From a plasmid: DNA of 53,457 nucleotides. This document shows, in pieces, positions 42,359 through 51,261 of this stretch. The notes beneath the pieces were generated by a model. It was not told where the DNA came from. It did not search any database and was given only the letters and a program-made list of their open reading frames with translations. Every line of letters starts with the position of its first letter. Position 1 is the first letter of the stretch. The translations under genes and the position numbers were made by a program. The DNA lies in the sequence record NZ_CP011050.1, one strand, 5' to 3'.

Positions 42359-42374
42359 GTGACAAAAATGTCAT
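42359..42374. promoter_or_regulatory. PcoR/CusR-type box GTGACAAAAATGTCAT upstream of pcoE
   Basis: TGACA-N5-TGTCA palindrome in pcoS-pcoE spacer. Confidence 0.45.
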
Positions 42375-42546
42375 CGTTCAGTCACGCGATAAACAGAGGC
42401 GGTTTTTTATAATCAGCCATAAATCAGGACAGCGTGATAATTCAATCGCCCGGTTCCTGGCGTGATGATCAACCAGCCCTGAGATCAAATGCTTTCTCTG
42501 TTATAAGCATTGATTGTTCGGGTATGAAAACACCGGAGACCCAACC

Positions 42547-42981
42547 ATGAAAAAGATCCTTGTATCCTTTATTGCCATGATGGCTGTCGCTTCATCTGCC
42601 TGGGCTGCAGAGACAATGAACATGCATGACCAGGTAAATAATGCCCAGGCGCCTGCCCATCAGATGCAATCATCCGCTGAAAAAAGTGCAGTTCAGGGGG
42701 AGAGCATGAAAATGATGGATATGAGCGGTCACGATCAGGCCGCAATGTCCCATGAAATGATGCAAAACGGCAATTCTGCTGCCCATCAGGACATGGCTGA
42801 AATGCATAAAAAAATGATGAAATCCAAGCCAGCAGCTTCTAACGAAACAGCAAAATCATTTTCCGAAATGAACGAGCATGAGAAAGCCGCTGTTGTGCAT
42901 GAGAAGGCGAATAATGGTCAATCTTCCGTTATTCATCAGCAGCAGGCGGAAAAGCATCGCAGCCAGATCACCCAGAATTAA
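42547..42981 (+). CDS. pcoE: PcoE periplasmic copper-binding protein
   Basis: MKKILVSFIAMMAVASSAWAAETMNMHDQVNNAQAPAHQMQ... SilE/PcoE family. Confidence 0.9.
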   Translation: MKKILVSFIAMMAVASSAWAAETMNMHDQVNNAQAPAHQMQSSAEKSAVQGESMKMMDMSGHDQAAMSHEMMQNGNSAAHQDMAEMHKKMMKSKPAASNETAKSFSEMNEHEKAAVVHEKANNGQSSVIHQQQAEKHRSQITQN

Positions 42982-43022
42982 CCCGCAGCTCCACTTGTCA
43001 GACCCTCATTTGACGCCGAAGT

Positions 43023-43048
43023 CACTGGCTTACGCTCCCGTCCGGGAG
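43023..43048 (+). terminator. rho-independent terminator after pcoE: CGCTCCCG-TC-CGGGAGCG plus T8
   Basis: Perfect 8-bp stem plus TTTTTTTT. Confidence 0.75.
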
Positions 43049-43131
43049 CGTTTTTTTTATAAGCGAAATGAATAATAATGAAAGAGTCCATACACAATGT
43101 TTTTTTTGGTCATGTCGACCTCACAATTAAC

Positions 43132-43458
43132 TTATATTGTTTGAGAATCCTGTTCCCCGGTCATCTCCAGGGTGCATGTCGCGCCGTATCCTGAGACTGG
43201 CTGAGAATACGAATGACCGTAACCATAGAATGTGATGATACAAAATAGATCGTATGCCGGTTCTACCGGCAGTGTGCAGATATCGTCTCCCAGCTCTGCA
43301 CAATGCGTGCCGATATCATGCATGGCCAGCACATCAAATACTGCAGCTATACGACCGATCTATGCATCCGCCTGAACAACCCCGATCTGTCTGAAGCTGT
43401 AGTCCCAGATGGCCTCCAGATCCTCTTCTGCTTTGGGTGTCAGCTCAATCTCTTTCAT
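43132..43458 (-). pseudogene. parE: parE-like toxin pseudogene (in-frame TAG after codon 30)
   Basis: N-terminus MKEIELTPKAEEDLEAIWDYSFRQIGVVQADA* is a typical ParE start; the frame continues after the stop into the 66-aa ORF 43132-43332. Confidence 0.5.
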
Positions 43459-43570
43459 TTGCCACCCTGGCCCTGACATTCCTCAGGAATGCATTCTTGT
43501 TCCATGGTTTCGCCTCGCCGCTGCTGATCCCTTCGGCCAGCAGATCGCGCAGTTCCTGAAGTCTGGATTA
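43455..43570 (-). pseudogene. parD: parD antitoxin 3' fragment (TGA overlaps parE ATG)
   Basis: ...LQELRDLLAEGISSGEAKPWNKNAFLRNVRARVANERD* matches a ParD/CC2985 C-terminus; 5' part missing. Confidence 0.5.
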
Positions 43571-43812
43571 TGAGCATCCTCACGACCAGAAACCCCGCGA
43601 TTATCAGCATTGCTGTTTTTCTTGATGCTTTTATTGGCGGGCCGCTGACGGGGGCAAGCATGAACCCGGCCCGTAGCTTCGGGCCGGCATTGGCCATGGG
43701 ATACTGGGATAATCAGTGGCTGTACTGGGCCGCTCCGCTGTCTGGCGGGCTTGCAGCTGTTGCGTGCTGCCAGCTGTTTATGCCGCAACTGAAGTCACCC
43801 TCACCGGAATAA
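43570..43812 (+). pseudogene. aquaglyceroporin (MIP family) 3' fragment
   Basis: Contains the second NPA box GASMNPARSFGPA and final TM helix only; no N-terminal half. Confidence 0.65.
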
Positions 43813-43861
43813 AGTCCCTTCCAGGACAGAATGCCTCTGATGAACAGAGGCATTCTTTTTT

Positions 43862-44389
43862 TCAGCAACCCACTGTCCGGCTACGCCTTTCCAGAATGAG
43901 AACATCTCTCCATTTTCCGTTCATTTCACCCACTTTTTCCCGGCAGCCGACTTCCCTGAATCCCTGGCTGCGATGTAAAGCAACACTGGCCTGGTTTTCC
44001 GGAAAGATGCCAGCAAGTAGCGTCCAGAAACCCGCATCTTCCGAGCCCTTTATCAGCCCGGAGAGCAAAGCCCTGCCTGCGCCTTTTCCCTGAAAATGAG
44101 TACTGACATAAATGCTCAGCTCTGCGACACCGCGGTATGCATGCCGGCGGGAAAAAGGAGATAGCGCAGCCCATCCCACCACTCTGTTATCAACAGTGGC
44201 GACGTAGCGGCAGTCCTGAAGATGCCCTTCATTCCATTCCAGCCACTCAGGTGCTGCGGTCTGAAAGGTGGCGTTCCTTGTTGCAATTCCTTCCTGATAA
44301 ATTTCCCTGACTGCACACCAGTCCTCTTCGTGCATTTTTCTAATGATGATCTCTGCCATTTCTCTGTACCGTATGTTTGCTGTATTCAT
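43862..44389 (-). CDS. arsN: GNAT N-acetyltransferase (phosphinothricin-acetyltransferase/ArsN1-like)
   Basis: IIIRKMHEEDWCAVREIYQEGIATRNATFQT ... QGKGAGRALL PAT-family motifs; ars context. Confidence 0.7.
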   Translation of the reverse strand: MNTANIRYREMAEIIIRKMHEEDWCAVREIYQEGIATRNATFQTAAPEWLEWNEGHLQDCRYVATVDNRVVGWAALSPFSRRHAYRGVAELSIYVSTHFQGKGAGRALLSGLIKGSEDAGFWTLLAGIFPENQASVALHRSQGFREVGCREKVGEMNGKWRDVLILERRSRTVGC

Positions 44390-44599
44390 AGGCAGTCAGA
44401 AAACGAGCCTGCCTGGGCTTCCCGGCGGCGGGACATAATGCGCCCGTCAGCAAAGGATGAAGGTCATTTCATTTTTAGCGGGAATCGGTTTCTACTGTGA
44501 CGGATTCATATGCATTTTTCCATATATATTGTGACGTACCTCATTTCTGAGAGGTATAAACACCGATCATGTTTTCTCCATGCCGCGTAAATGGTGCGC

Positions 44600-44944
44600 C
44601 AGATGGGGCAGGCTCACGATCACGTGATAACGCCAATGATGCAGCTGCAGGATCCGGAGAAGACCAGAGTCATTATCGTGACGCTTGCCGAAACCACGCC
44701 GGTACTGGAAGCGGCCGGGCTGCAGCAGGACTTACGCCGGGCCGGGATTGAACCCTGGGCGTGGGTCATCAATAACAGCCTCGCGGCCGCGAAGCCGTCC
44801 TCCCCGTTCCTGGTCACCCGTGCCCGTCGCGAACTGCCGCTGATCGACGACGTTGCCGGGCATTATGCACAGCGCATTGCCCTGACGCCACTGCTGAAGG
44901 ACGACCCGGTAGGCGTGGACCTGCTGGCTGAAATGGCGGGCTGA
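44600..44944 (+). pseudogene. arsA: arsA 3' fragment (last ~110 codons only)
   Basis: TPMMQLQDPEKTRVIIVTLAETTPVLEAAGLQQDLRRAGIEPWAWVINNSL parallels the C-terminus of the intact ArsA at 47303-49054. Confidence 0.8.
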
Positions 44945-45065
44945 CAGGTGGGACGACGCCCCACCTCCACTTAAAACATTTCCTTATACAGGTCATAAGA
45001 TGAAGCGCTTAATCTGCCGTCGCGAATTCCGGTAGTGTGTCAGTCAACGTCACAGGAGTTATACA

Positions 45066-45495
45066 ATGCACATTATCAATGCTGAAGAGCAGCACATTCC
45101 CGCCATACGCCGCTTTTACGCCCATCATGTCCTGCACGGCACAGGCAGCTTCGAGACGGCCCCCCCCGAACACGCAGGAAATGCTTGCCCGGGTGAAAAA
45201 CGTTCAGTCACGTGGATTTCCCTGGTATATCGCCCTGCAGGGGGGGGGAAAAGCCTTACTCGATCATGCCTTAACATGGGCCCGGTCTCAGGGATACCGC
45301 CAGATGATAGCGGTTGTGGGGGACTGTGCGAACGTCGCGTCTGTAGCGCTGCATCTTCGCTCCGGATTTACTGAAATCGGCACGCTGAAGGACATCGGTT
45401 TCAAGCATGGCCGCTGGCTGGACACGGTGTTGCTGCAGTGTCAGCTGGGAAAAGGGAGCTGTACGCTGCCGGACAGTCCGGTACCCGGACGCTGA
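45066..45495 (+). pseudogene. second PAT/GNAT acetyltransferase, disrupted by frameshift at a C9 run (45159-45167) and internal deletion near a G9 run (45241-45249)
   Basis: N-terminus MHIINAEEQHIPAIRRFYAHHVLHGTGSFETAPP in one frame, NTQEMLARVKNVQSRGFPWYIA...GFKHGRWLDTVLLQ in another; middle GxGxG acetyl-CoA segment missing. Confidence 0.65.
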
Positions 45496-45527
45496 GGCAG
45501 GAGAAAGGGGGCATCGCCCCCTTTCGG

Positions 45528-45953
45528 TTATTTCAGCCGTTTCCCTGCCTCATCTACTACTTTCTCGCCGTCTTCCTTAGCAAATGCGCCTTTTTGCGCA
45601 TCCGGAAGAATATCCAGTACCACTTCGGAAGGGCGGCACAGACGCGTTCCCAACGGTGTCACCACAATCGGACGGTTAATCAGGATCGGATGCTGAAGCA
45701 TAAAATCGATTAACTGATCGTCAGTAAACTTATCTTCCGCAAGCCCCAGTTCTTCATAAGGCTCGACGTTTTTGCGCAGCAAAGCCCGGACTGAAATGCC
45801 CATATCTGCAATGAGTTTGACCAGCTCATCGCGTGACGGTGGATTTTCAAGGTAATGAATAACGGTCGGTTCATTACCACTGTTGCGGATCATCTCCAGC
45901 GTATTACGCGACGTGCCGCAGGCCGGGTTGTGATAAATGGTGATGTTGCTCAT
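45528..45953 (-). CDS. arsC: ArsC arsenate reductase (glutaredoxin-coupled)
   Basis: MSNITIYHNPACGTSRNTLEMIR catalytic Cys12; 141 aa. Confidence 0.95.
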   Translation of the reverse strand: MSNITIYHNPACGTSRNTLEMIRNSGNEPTVIHYLENPPSRDELVKLIADMGISVRALLRKNVEPYEELGLAEDKFTDDQLIDFMLQHPILINRPIVVTPLGTRLCRPSEVVLDILPDAQKGAFAKEDGEKVVDEAGKRLK

Positions 45954-45965
45954 ATCAGTATCTCA

Positions 45966-47255
45966 TTACAAAGTGAAAGAGAGACGTAACGCCAGCGCTG
46001 CCAGCGTTACAAACAGCACAGGCAGAGTCATAACGATCCCGGTGCGGAAATAGTATCCCCAGGTGATGGTCATATTCTTCTGTGAAAGGACATGCAGCCA
46101 GAGCAGCGTTGCCAGGCTACCAATAGGTGTAATTTTAGGTCCCAGATCGCAGCCAATCACGTTGGCGTAGATCATCGCTTCTTTGATAACGCCTGTTGCG
46201 GTGCTTCCATCGATAGAAAGAGCGCCAACCAGCACGGTAGGCATGTTGTTCATGATGGAAGACAGGAAGGCCGTCAGGAAGCCAGTACCCAGCGTCGCAG
46301 CCCAGAGTCCTTTATCCGCCAGTACATTCAGCACACCTGAAAGGTATTCGGTTAGCCCGGCGTTGCGCAGACCGTAGACCACCAGGTACATCCCCAATGA
46401 GAAGATGACGATCTGCCATGGCGCGCCGCGCAGCACTTTGCCAGTGTTAATGGCATGGCCTCGTTTAGCTACTGCAAACAGGATCACAGCGCCAACAGCC
46501 GCAATCGCGCTAACGGGAATACCGAGCGGCTCAAGGACAAAGAACCCAACCAGCAGAAGTATTAAAACTATCCAGCCGGTTCTGAAGGTTGCCAGATCTT
46601 TAATCGCTTTTGCCGGTGCTTTCAGAAGAGACAGGTCGTAAGTCGGTGGGATATTCTTGCGGAAGAACAGATGCAGCATAACCAGCGTGGCAACAATGGC
46701 TGCAATATCCACCGGCACCATTACCGACGCATACTCGGTGAAGCCCAGTCCAAAGAAGTCTGCAGAAACGATGTTAACCAGGTTGGACACGATAAGCGGC
46801 AGGCTGGATGTATCGGCAATAAACCCGGCAGCCATGACGAATGCCAGTGTCGTGCCTTTGCTGAACCCTAATGCCAGCAGCATGGCGATGACTATCGGCG
46901 TCAGAATAAGTGCCGCACCATCGTTGGCAAACAGTGCCGCCACCGCTGCACCAAGCAGAACGATATACGTAAAGAGCAAACGGCCACGACCGTTACCCCA
47001 GCGCGAAACATGCAATGCCGCCCATTCGAAAAAGCCGGACTCATCAAGCAGCAGGCTGATAATAATTACGGCAATAAAGGTCGCCGTCGCGTTCCAGACG
47101 ATATTCCACACCACCGGAATATCGCCCACATGCACAACGCCAGATATCAGAGCCAGTCCCGCGCCCAGCATTGCACTCCAGCCGATCCCTAATCCCTTTG
47201 GTTGCCAGATAACCAAAACAATGGTCAGGACAAAAATAGCGCCTGCCAGTAACAT
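45966..47255 (-). CDS. arsB: ArsB arsenite efflux permease
   Basis: 429 aa 12-TM ArsB family. Confidence 0.95.
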   Translation of the reverse strand: MLLAGAIFVLTIVLVIWQPKGLGIGWSAMLGAGLALISGVVHVGDIPVVWNIVWNATATFIAVIIISLLLDESGFFEWAALHVSRWGNGRGRLLFTYIVLLGAAVAALFANDGAALILTPIVIAMLLALGFSKGTTLAFVMAAGFIADTSSLPLIVSNLVNIVSADFFGLGFTEYASVMVPVDIAAIVATLVMLHLFFRKNIPPTYDLSLLKAPAKAIKDLATFRTGWIVLILLLVGFFVLEPLGIPVSAIAAVGAVILFAVAKRGHAINTGKVLRGAPWQIVIFSLGMYLVVYGLRNAGLTEYLSGVLNVLADKGLWAATLGTGFLTAFLSSIMNNMPTVLVGALSIDGSTATGVIKEAMIYANVIGCDLGPKITPIGSLATLLWLHVLSQKNMTITWGYYFRTGIVMTLPVLFVTLAALALRLSFTL

Positions 47256-47302
47256 AAAACCTCCTGACAGGGCGACTTTGTCGCCCTGTATATGTCAAAA
47301 AA

Positions 47303-49054
47303 TTAGCTCATCAACTCTCTGAGCTTTTCAATACCGGCGGGCTCTGACGCCAGCACCGGAACAAGCGCTATACGGTCAGCATGCTGATCCTTAACAGCCT
47401 CAATCTGAGGCAATTCCTGATGAGCACGCTGACAAAGCAACGGAGAACGCGTATCCGCAATGGAAAGGCTGTTATTGATAATCCAGCCCCACGGATGAAT
47501 CCCCGCTCTTTCAAGGTCAGCCTGCAGGTTTGCCGCTTCCAGGACCGGTGTGGTTTCAGGAAGCGTAACCAGCAGAACTTTGGTTCTATCCGGGTCCTGA
47601 AGCTGCATCATGGGGGTAGTAAAATGACCTTTACTCCCCATTTTTTTGGCAATCTCTCGGTGGTAAGCCCCGGTCGCATCCAGCAACAGCAGCGTGTGTC
47701 CGGTAGGGGCGGTATCCATGACAACAAAGCGCTTACCCGCTTCACGAATTACACGGGAGAAGGCCTGAAACACGGCAATTTCTTCTGTACAGGGAGAGCG
47801 TAAATCCTCTTCCAGTAACCGTTTCCCTGCTTCGTCCAGATCTCTTCCCTTCGTCTCAAGAACATGCTGGCGATAGCGTTCGGTTTCATCGTGAGAGTTG
47901 ATGCGGCTGACCTGCAGGTTTTTGAGGCTGCCGTTCAGCGTTGTACTCAGGTGCGCAGCAGGATCAGAGGTCGTGAGATGCACGTCAAATCCCATGTCTG
48001 CCAGCCTGACGGCGATGGCAGCAGCCATCGTGGTTTTCCCTACACCACCTTTGCCCATCAGCATAATCAGGCCGTGTTCACTGCGAGCGATATCATCGAC
48101 CAGGCCAGAGAGAGATAAGTTTTCAGGCGTGTACAGGATATTCGTTACCGGGAGCGGTAATGCCTCAGAACGGGTATCCAGCAGTCCCTTCAATGCTGAA
48201 ACACCAACCATATTGACTGGCTGGAGTAACAGGGTATCTGTCGGTAGCTCAGATAAACCGGCAGGAAGATTTGCCAGTGCCTCCTGCTCACGTTGCCATA
48301 TCGCCGCGGCCAGGGCGTCATGTTCAGCTTCGGCTTCAGGCAGCACACCATTAATCACAAGATATTGATTTTTCAGGCCAATCTCAGCCAGTTCCTCATG
48401 AGTGCGGGCGACTTCCTGCAGCGTAGAATTTTGCAGTCGTGCAACCAGAACCAGGCGGGTACGTTCAGGATCGGACAAAGCCTCTACCGCATGAGCATAC
48501 TGCTCACGCTGCTTTTCCAGCCCGGCCATTGGGCCAAGACAGGAAGCACCATCTGGATTACTTTCAATGAAGCTACTCCAGGCACCGGGAAGCTGGAGCA
48601 GACGAATCGTGTGGCCCGTCGGCGCTGTATCAAAAATGATGTGATCAAAGCGGGTCAGCAGGGAAGCGTCTGTTAGTAAGCCCGTGAATTCATCGAACGC
48701 AGCAATCTCAGTCGTACAGGCTCCTGAAAGCTGCTCGCTGATACTGTTAACAACGTCATCAGGCAAAAGACCTTTGATAGGATCAACGATTCTGGCCCGA
48801 TATTGCCGGGCGGCTTCCTGCGGGTCAATCTCCAGTGCGGAAATTGCAGGAACTGCTGTCACAGGGCGAATCGTGTTACCGATAGCCTGATCGAATACCT
48901 GACCGACATTGGAGGCCGGGTCGGTACTGACCAGCAAAACCCGCTTACCCTGTTCGGCAAGGCGGATAGCCGTCGCGCAGGAAATGGAAGTTTTTCCTAC
49001 ACCTCCCTTGCCAGTAAAAAACAGGTAAGGCGGGATATTCTGTAAGAATTTCAT
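47303..49054 (-). CDS. arsA: ArsA arsenite-stimulated ATPase (two P-loop halves)
   Basis: MKFLQNIPPYLFFTGKGGVGKTS and second GKGGVGKTT Walker A; start set at MKFLQ by analogy with R773 ArsA. Confidence 0.95.
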   Translation of the reverse strand: MKFLQNIPPYLFFTGKGGVGKTSISCATAIRLAEQGKRVLLVSTDPASNVGQVFDQAIGNTIRPVTAVPAISALEIDPQEAARQYRARIVDPIKGLLPDDVVNSISEQLSGACTTEIAAFDEFTGLLTDASLLTRFDHIIFDTAPTGHTIRLLQLPGAWSSFIESNPDGASCLGPMAGLEKQREQYAHAVEALSDPERTRLVLVARLQNSTLQEVARTHEELAEIGLKNQYLVINGVLPEAEAEHDALAAAIWQREQEALANLPAGLSELPTDTLLLQPVNMVGVSALKGLLDTRSEALPLPVTNILYTPENLSLSGLVDDIARSEHGLIMLMGKGGVGKTTMAAAIAVRLADMGFDVHLTTSDPAAHLSTTLNGSLKNLQVSRINSHDETERYRQHVLETKGRDLDEAGKRLLEEDLRSPCTEEIAVFQAFSRVIREAGKRFVVMDTAPTGHTLLLLDATGAYHREIAKKMGSKGHFTTPMMQLQDPDRTKVLLVTLPETTPVLEAANLQADLERAGIHPWGWIINNSLSIADTRSPLLCQRAHQELPQIEAVKDQHADRIALVPVLASEPAGIEKLRELMS

Positions 49055-49071
49055 ATGTCCTCCTGACATAT

Positions 49072-49434
49072 TCAGCAACAGGAAGTATTACCACCACAGC
49101 AACTGGTGGGAGCTAACCCTACCTTCTCCAGCGGAATACCGAACCAGCGAGCCAGCTCAGCGCGTTTTGGGTATCGCCCAGCCATCACCGTTTCGCCGTC
49201 CAGCAACAGCAGCGGAAGCCCTTCTGCGCCGGATGCGTCGAGGAAGGATTTCGCTTTCTCATTGTGAACAAAGCTCATGGGCTGCTGCGCCAGGTTGTAA
49301 CGTTCAACCTGTACACCACGTTCTTTCAGCCACTGCACATCAGCAGAAAAATCAACCAGAACCTGATCGACATCTGAACCACATACACCGGTACTGCAGC
49401 ACATTGCCGGGTCAAACACCGTTAACGTCTTCAT
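49072..49434 (-). CDS. arsD: ArsD metallochaperone/repressor
   Basis: MKTLTVFDPAMCCSTGVCG...CCGGNTSCC matches ArsD. Confidence 0.95.
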   Translation of the reverse strand: MKTLTVFDPAMCCSTGVCGSDVDQVLVDFSADVQWLKERGVQVERYNLAQQPMSFVHNEKAKSFLDASGAEGLPLLLLDGETVMAGRYPKRAELARWFGIPLEKVGLAPTSCCGGNTSCC

Positions 49435-49485
49435 TCTGAATACCTCATACATTCGAAAAAACACATATGTTCAGGCAAATTTTTT

Positions 49486-49836
49486 TTAGATGCAAACAGC
49501 CTTACCGCTACCAGAGCAGTTTGCCGATGCCAGCTTACGGGCGATGGCCTGTACGTCGTCCTGTTGGCTTAACCAGGCCTGCTCAATCACCTGAGCAGCC
49601 CAGGAAGGAATATGCGGGGATAAGCGATAATGAACCCATTTCCCCTGCTTGCGATCCAGCAATAGACCGCTTTCCCGGAGCATTGCCAGATGACGGGAAA
49701 TCTTGGGCTGGGACTCATCCAACGCCGTGCAGAAATCGCAGACGCACAGTTCTCCCATCTCCCTGAGCAGCAGGACAATACCCAGACGGGTTTCATCGGA
49801 CAGGTTTTTGAAAAGCTTAAGGGCTGTAAGGGTCAT
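49486..49836 (-). CDS. arsR: ArsR metalloregulator
   Basis: ELCVCDFC metal site, HTH; 117 aa from MTLTALKLF. Confidence 0.9.
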   Translation of the reverse strand: MTLTALKLFKNLSDETRLGIVLLLREMGELCVCDFCTALDESQPKISRHLAMLRESGLLLDRKQGKWVHYRLSPHIPSWAAQVIEQAWLSQQDDVQAIARKLASANCSGSGKAVCI

Positions 49837-49898
49837 TATTCCTCCTGTTCGGTTGCGTAAAGCATACGCCCGGAGACAAAAAAAACAACCATACATTC

Positions 49899-49917
49899 GG
49901 AAAATCGAATGTGTGAA
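49899..49917. promoter_or_regulatory. candidate ArsR operator palindrome CATTCG-N7-CGAATG
   Basis: Perfect 6-bp inverted repeats ~60 bp upstream of arsR. Confidence 0.4.
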
Positions 49918-50175
49918 AGTGTCAGATGACGCTGTCACGCTGGTATACGTCCGTTACTTTCCGGGGAAAATACATGTGTGTTACAGAGATCCGACTTTAC
50001 CTTTTTTCGGATCTCAGCAGGAAAAATCAATAGCCGGTGTGATGAAAGATAATGTCTCAAAGCATGCAGAACTCTTCGCCGCATCACACAATGCTTAAAA
50101 ATAAGCTTATAATAAATACATAAGCAAGCTAAGTGCTATGATAGCATCAATTATCTTTTCTATATGGAGTCTCCC

Positions 50176-51261
50176 ATGCTGAGCCAGCTGAACCTGCGTT
50201 TTCCCAAAAAACTGATCGAGAGCCTCAAGTCCCGTGCGTCCGCCGAGGCCACGTCCGTTAATGCCCTTGCGGGCCGCTTCATCGAGGAGAAGCTCATGTC
50301 TGCGGCGCCGGGCGACGATTCGCTGGCGCTGAACGCCGATCCTGCCGGCACACGTGAATCGCTCTACAGGAAAATCGTCCGCGGCGAGTTCTTCGGACGC
50401 CAGACCCTCAGACATGCAGAGCTGCGCTGGCTCTTTGACCATGCTCACCGGGCCTGCCTGTACGGCAGCGGCTACGTGAGCTGGCCGGTCATTGAGGCTC
50501 TCATGAACATCACCTTTGACGCGCTGCTTTATGCCGAAGCGCATAAGATTGAGGTGGACACCTTTTACATCAACCGGACCTTCGATTTTCCGGGGAAGAA
50601 CTACCCGGAAGAAACGCAGCGCTTTATGGCCGTCATGCCCCGACATGTGGATCCCTCCTGGGCAGAGTACCTGCTTCGCCCGCTCTCCTCCGGGGCGCTT
50701 GAGCTGCAGAACTTTCCCGATGAGGCTCTGGCGCAGATTTGCAGCCCTGACCGGCTCCGGCTGATATTTCCGCTGGTCGTGAAGGCGCAGGCCCTGGATG
50801 AACAGGAGATGAAGGCCTGGGTGGCCGCGACCGGACTGGTCACTGAGGATCTGAATCTGACGGCTGAGGTCGGTGATATCCGTCTGCATGTTCAGGTAAG
50901 CGGTAACCGCGCGCCACAGCTGCCCGGCAGGGAGTGGGAGGCGCCCACTTTTGGTCTTATTGTGTCGGCAGGGTGCGTGGTGACGGCGATGGGCTGGGAG
51001 GTGTTCAGCGCACTGGTTCGCCAGCTGCAGGCACGGGCGGCGCAACCGGTGCTGCACGGCTGGCACAGCCGGGATAAGCACGTGTCGGTGTATATTCCGC
51101 GCGCGGAAGGCACTGATGTCATCCTCGGTCTGAGCGGCATCCATATCTCGATGACGGCCGACAACTATCTGGCGCTGGAAACGGCATTTCTGGCCGAAGT
51201 GAACGCGCCGGCCGCTGCCCCTGTGCTGGCAGAGCTGCGCGCCCTGTACGGGGATTTATAA
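50176..51261 (+). CDS. hypothetical protein with N-terminal ribbon-helix-helix (Arc/CopG-like) segment and ~300-aa unknown C-terminal domain
   Basis: GGAG RBS 7 nt upstream; LNLRFPKKLIESLKSRASAEATSVNALAGRFIEEKL has the beta-alpha-alpha RHH pattern; stop abuts the KAP gene's ATG. Confidence 0.55.
   Translation: MLSQLNLRFPKKLIESLKSRASAEATSVNALAGRFIEEKLMSAAPGDDSLALNADPAGTRESLYRKIVRGEFFGRQTLRHAELRWLFDHAHRACLYGSGYVSWPVIEALMNITFDALLYAEAHKIEVDTFYINRTFDFPGKNYPEETQRFMAVMPRHVDPSWAEYLLRPLSSGALELQNFPDEALAQICSPDRLRLIFPLVVKAQALDEQEMKAWVAATGLVTEDLNLTAEVGDIRLHVQVSGNRAPQLPGREWEAPTFGLIVSAGCVVTAMGWEVFSALVRQLQARAAQPVLHGWHSRDKHVSVYIPRAEGTDVILGLSGIHISMTADNYLALETAFLAEVNAPAAAPVLAELRALYGDL

Noticed and set aside
46405-47322. 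Plus-strand ORFs of 78-221 aa inside arsB
   Set aside because: Antisense to arsB; Ser/Thr/Ala-rich mirror frames
50107-51144. 345-aa minus-strand ORF opposite the RHH-domain gene
   Set aside because: High GC allows long antisense frames; the plus-strand frame has an RBS, a recognisable RHH N-terminus and exact coupling to the KAP gene
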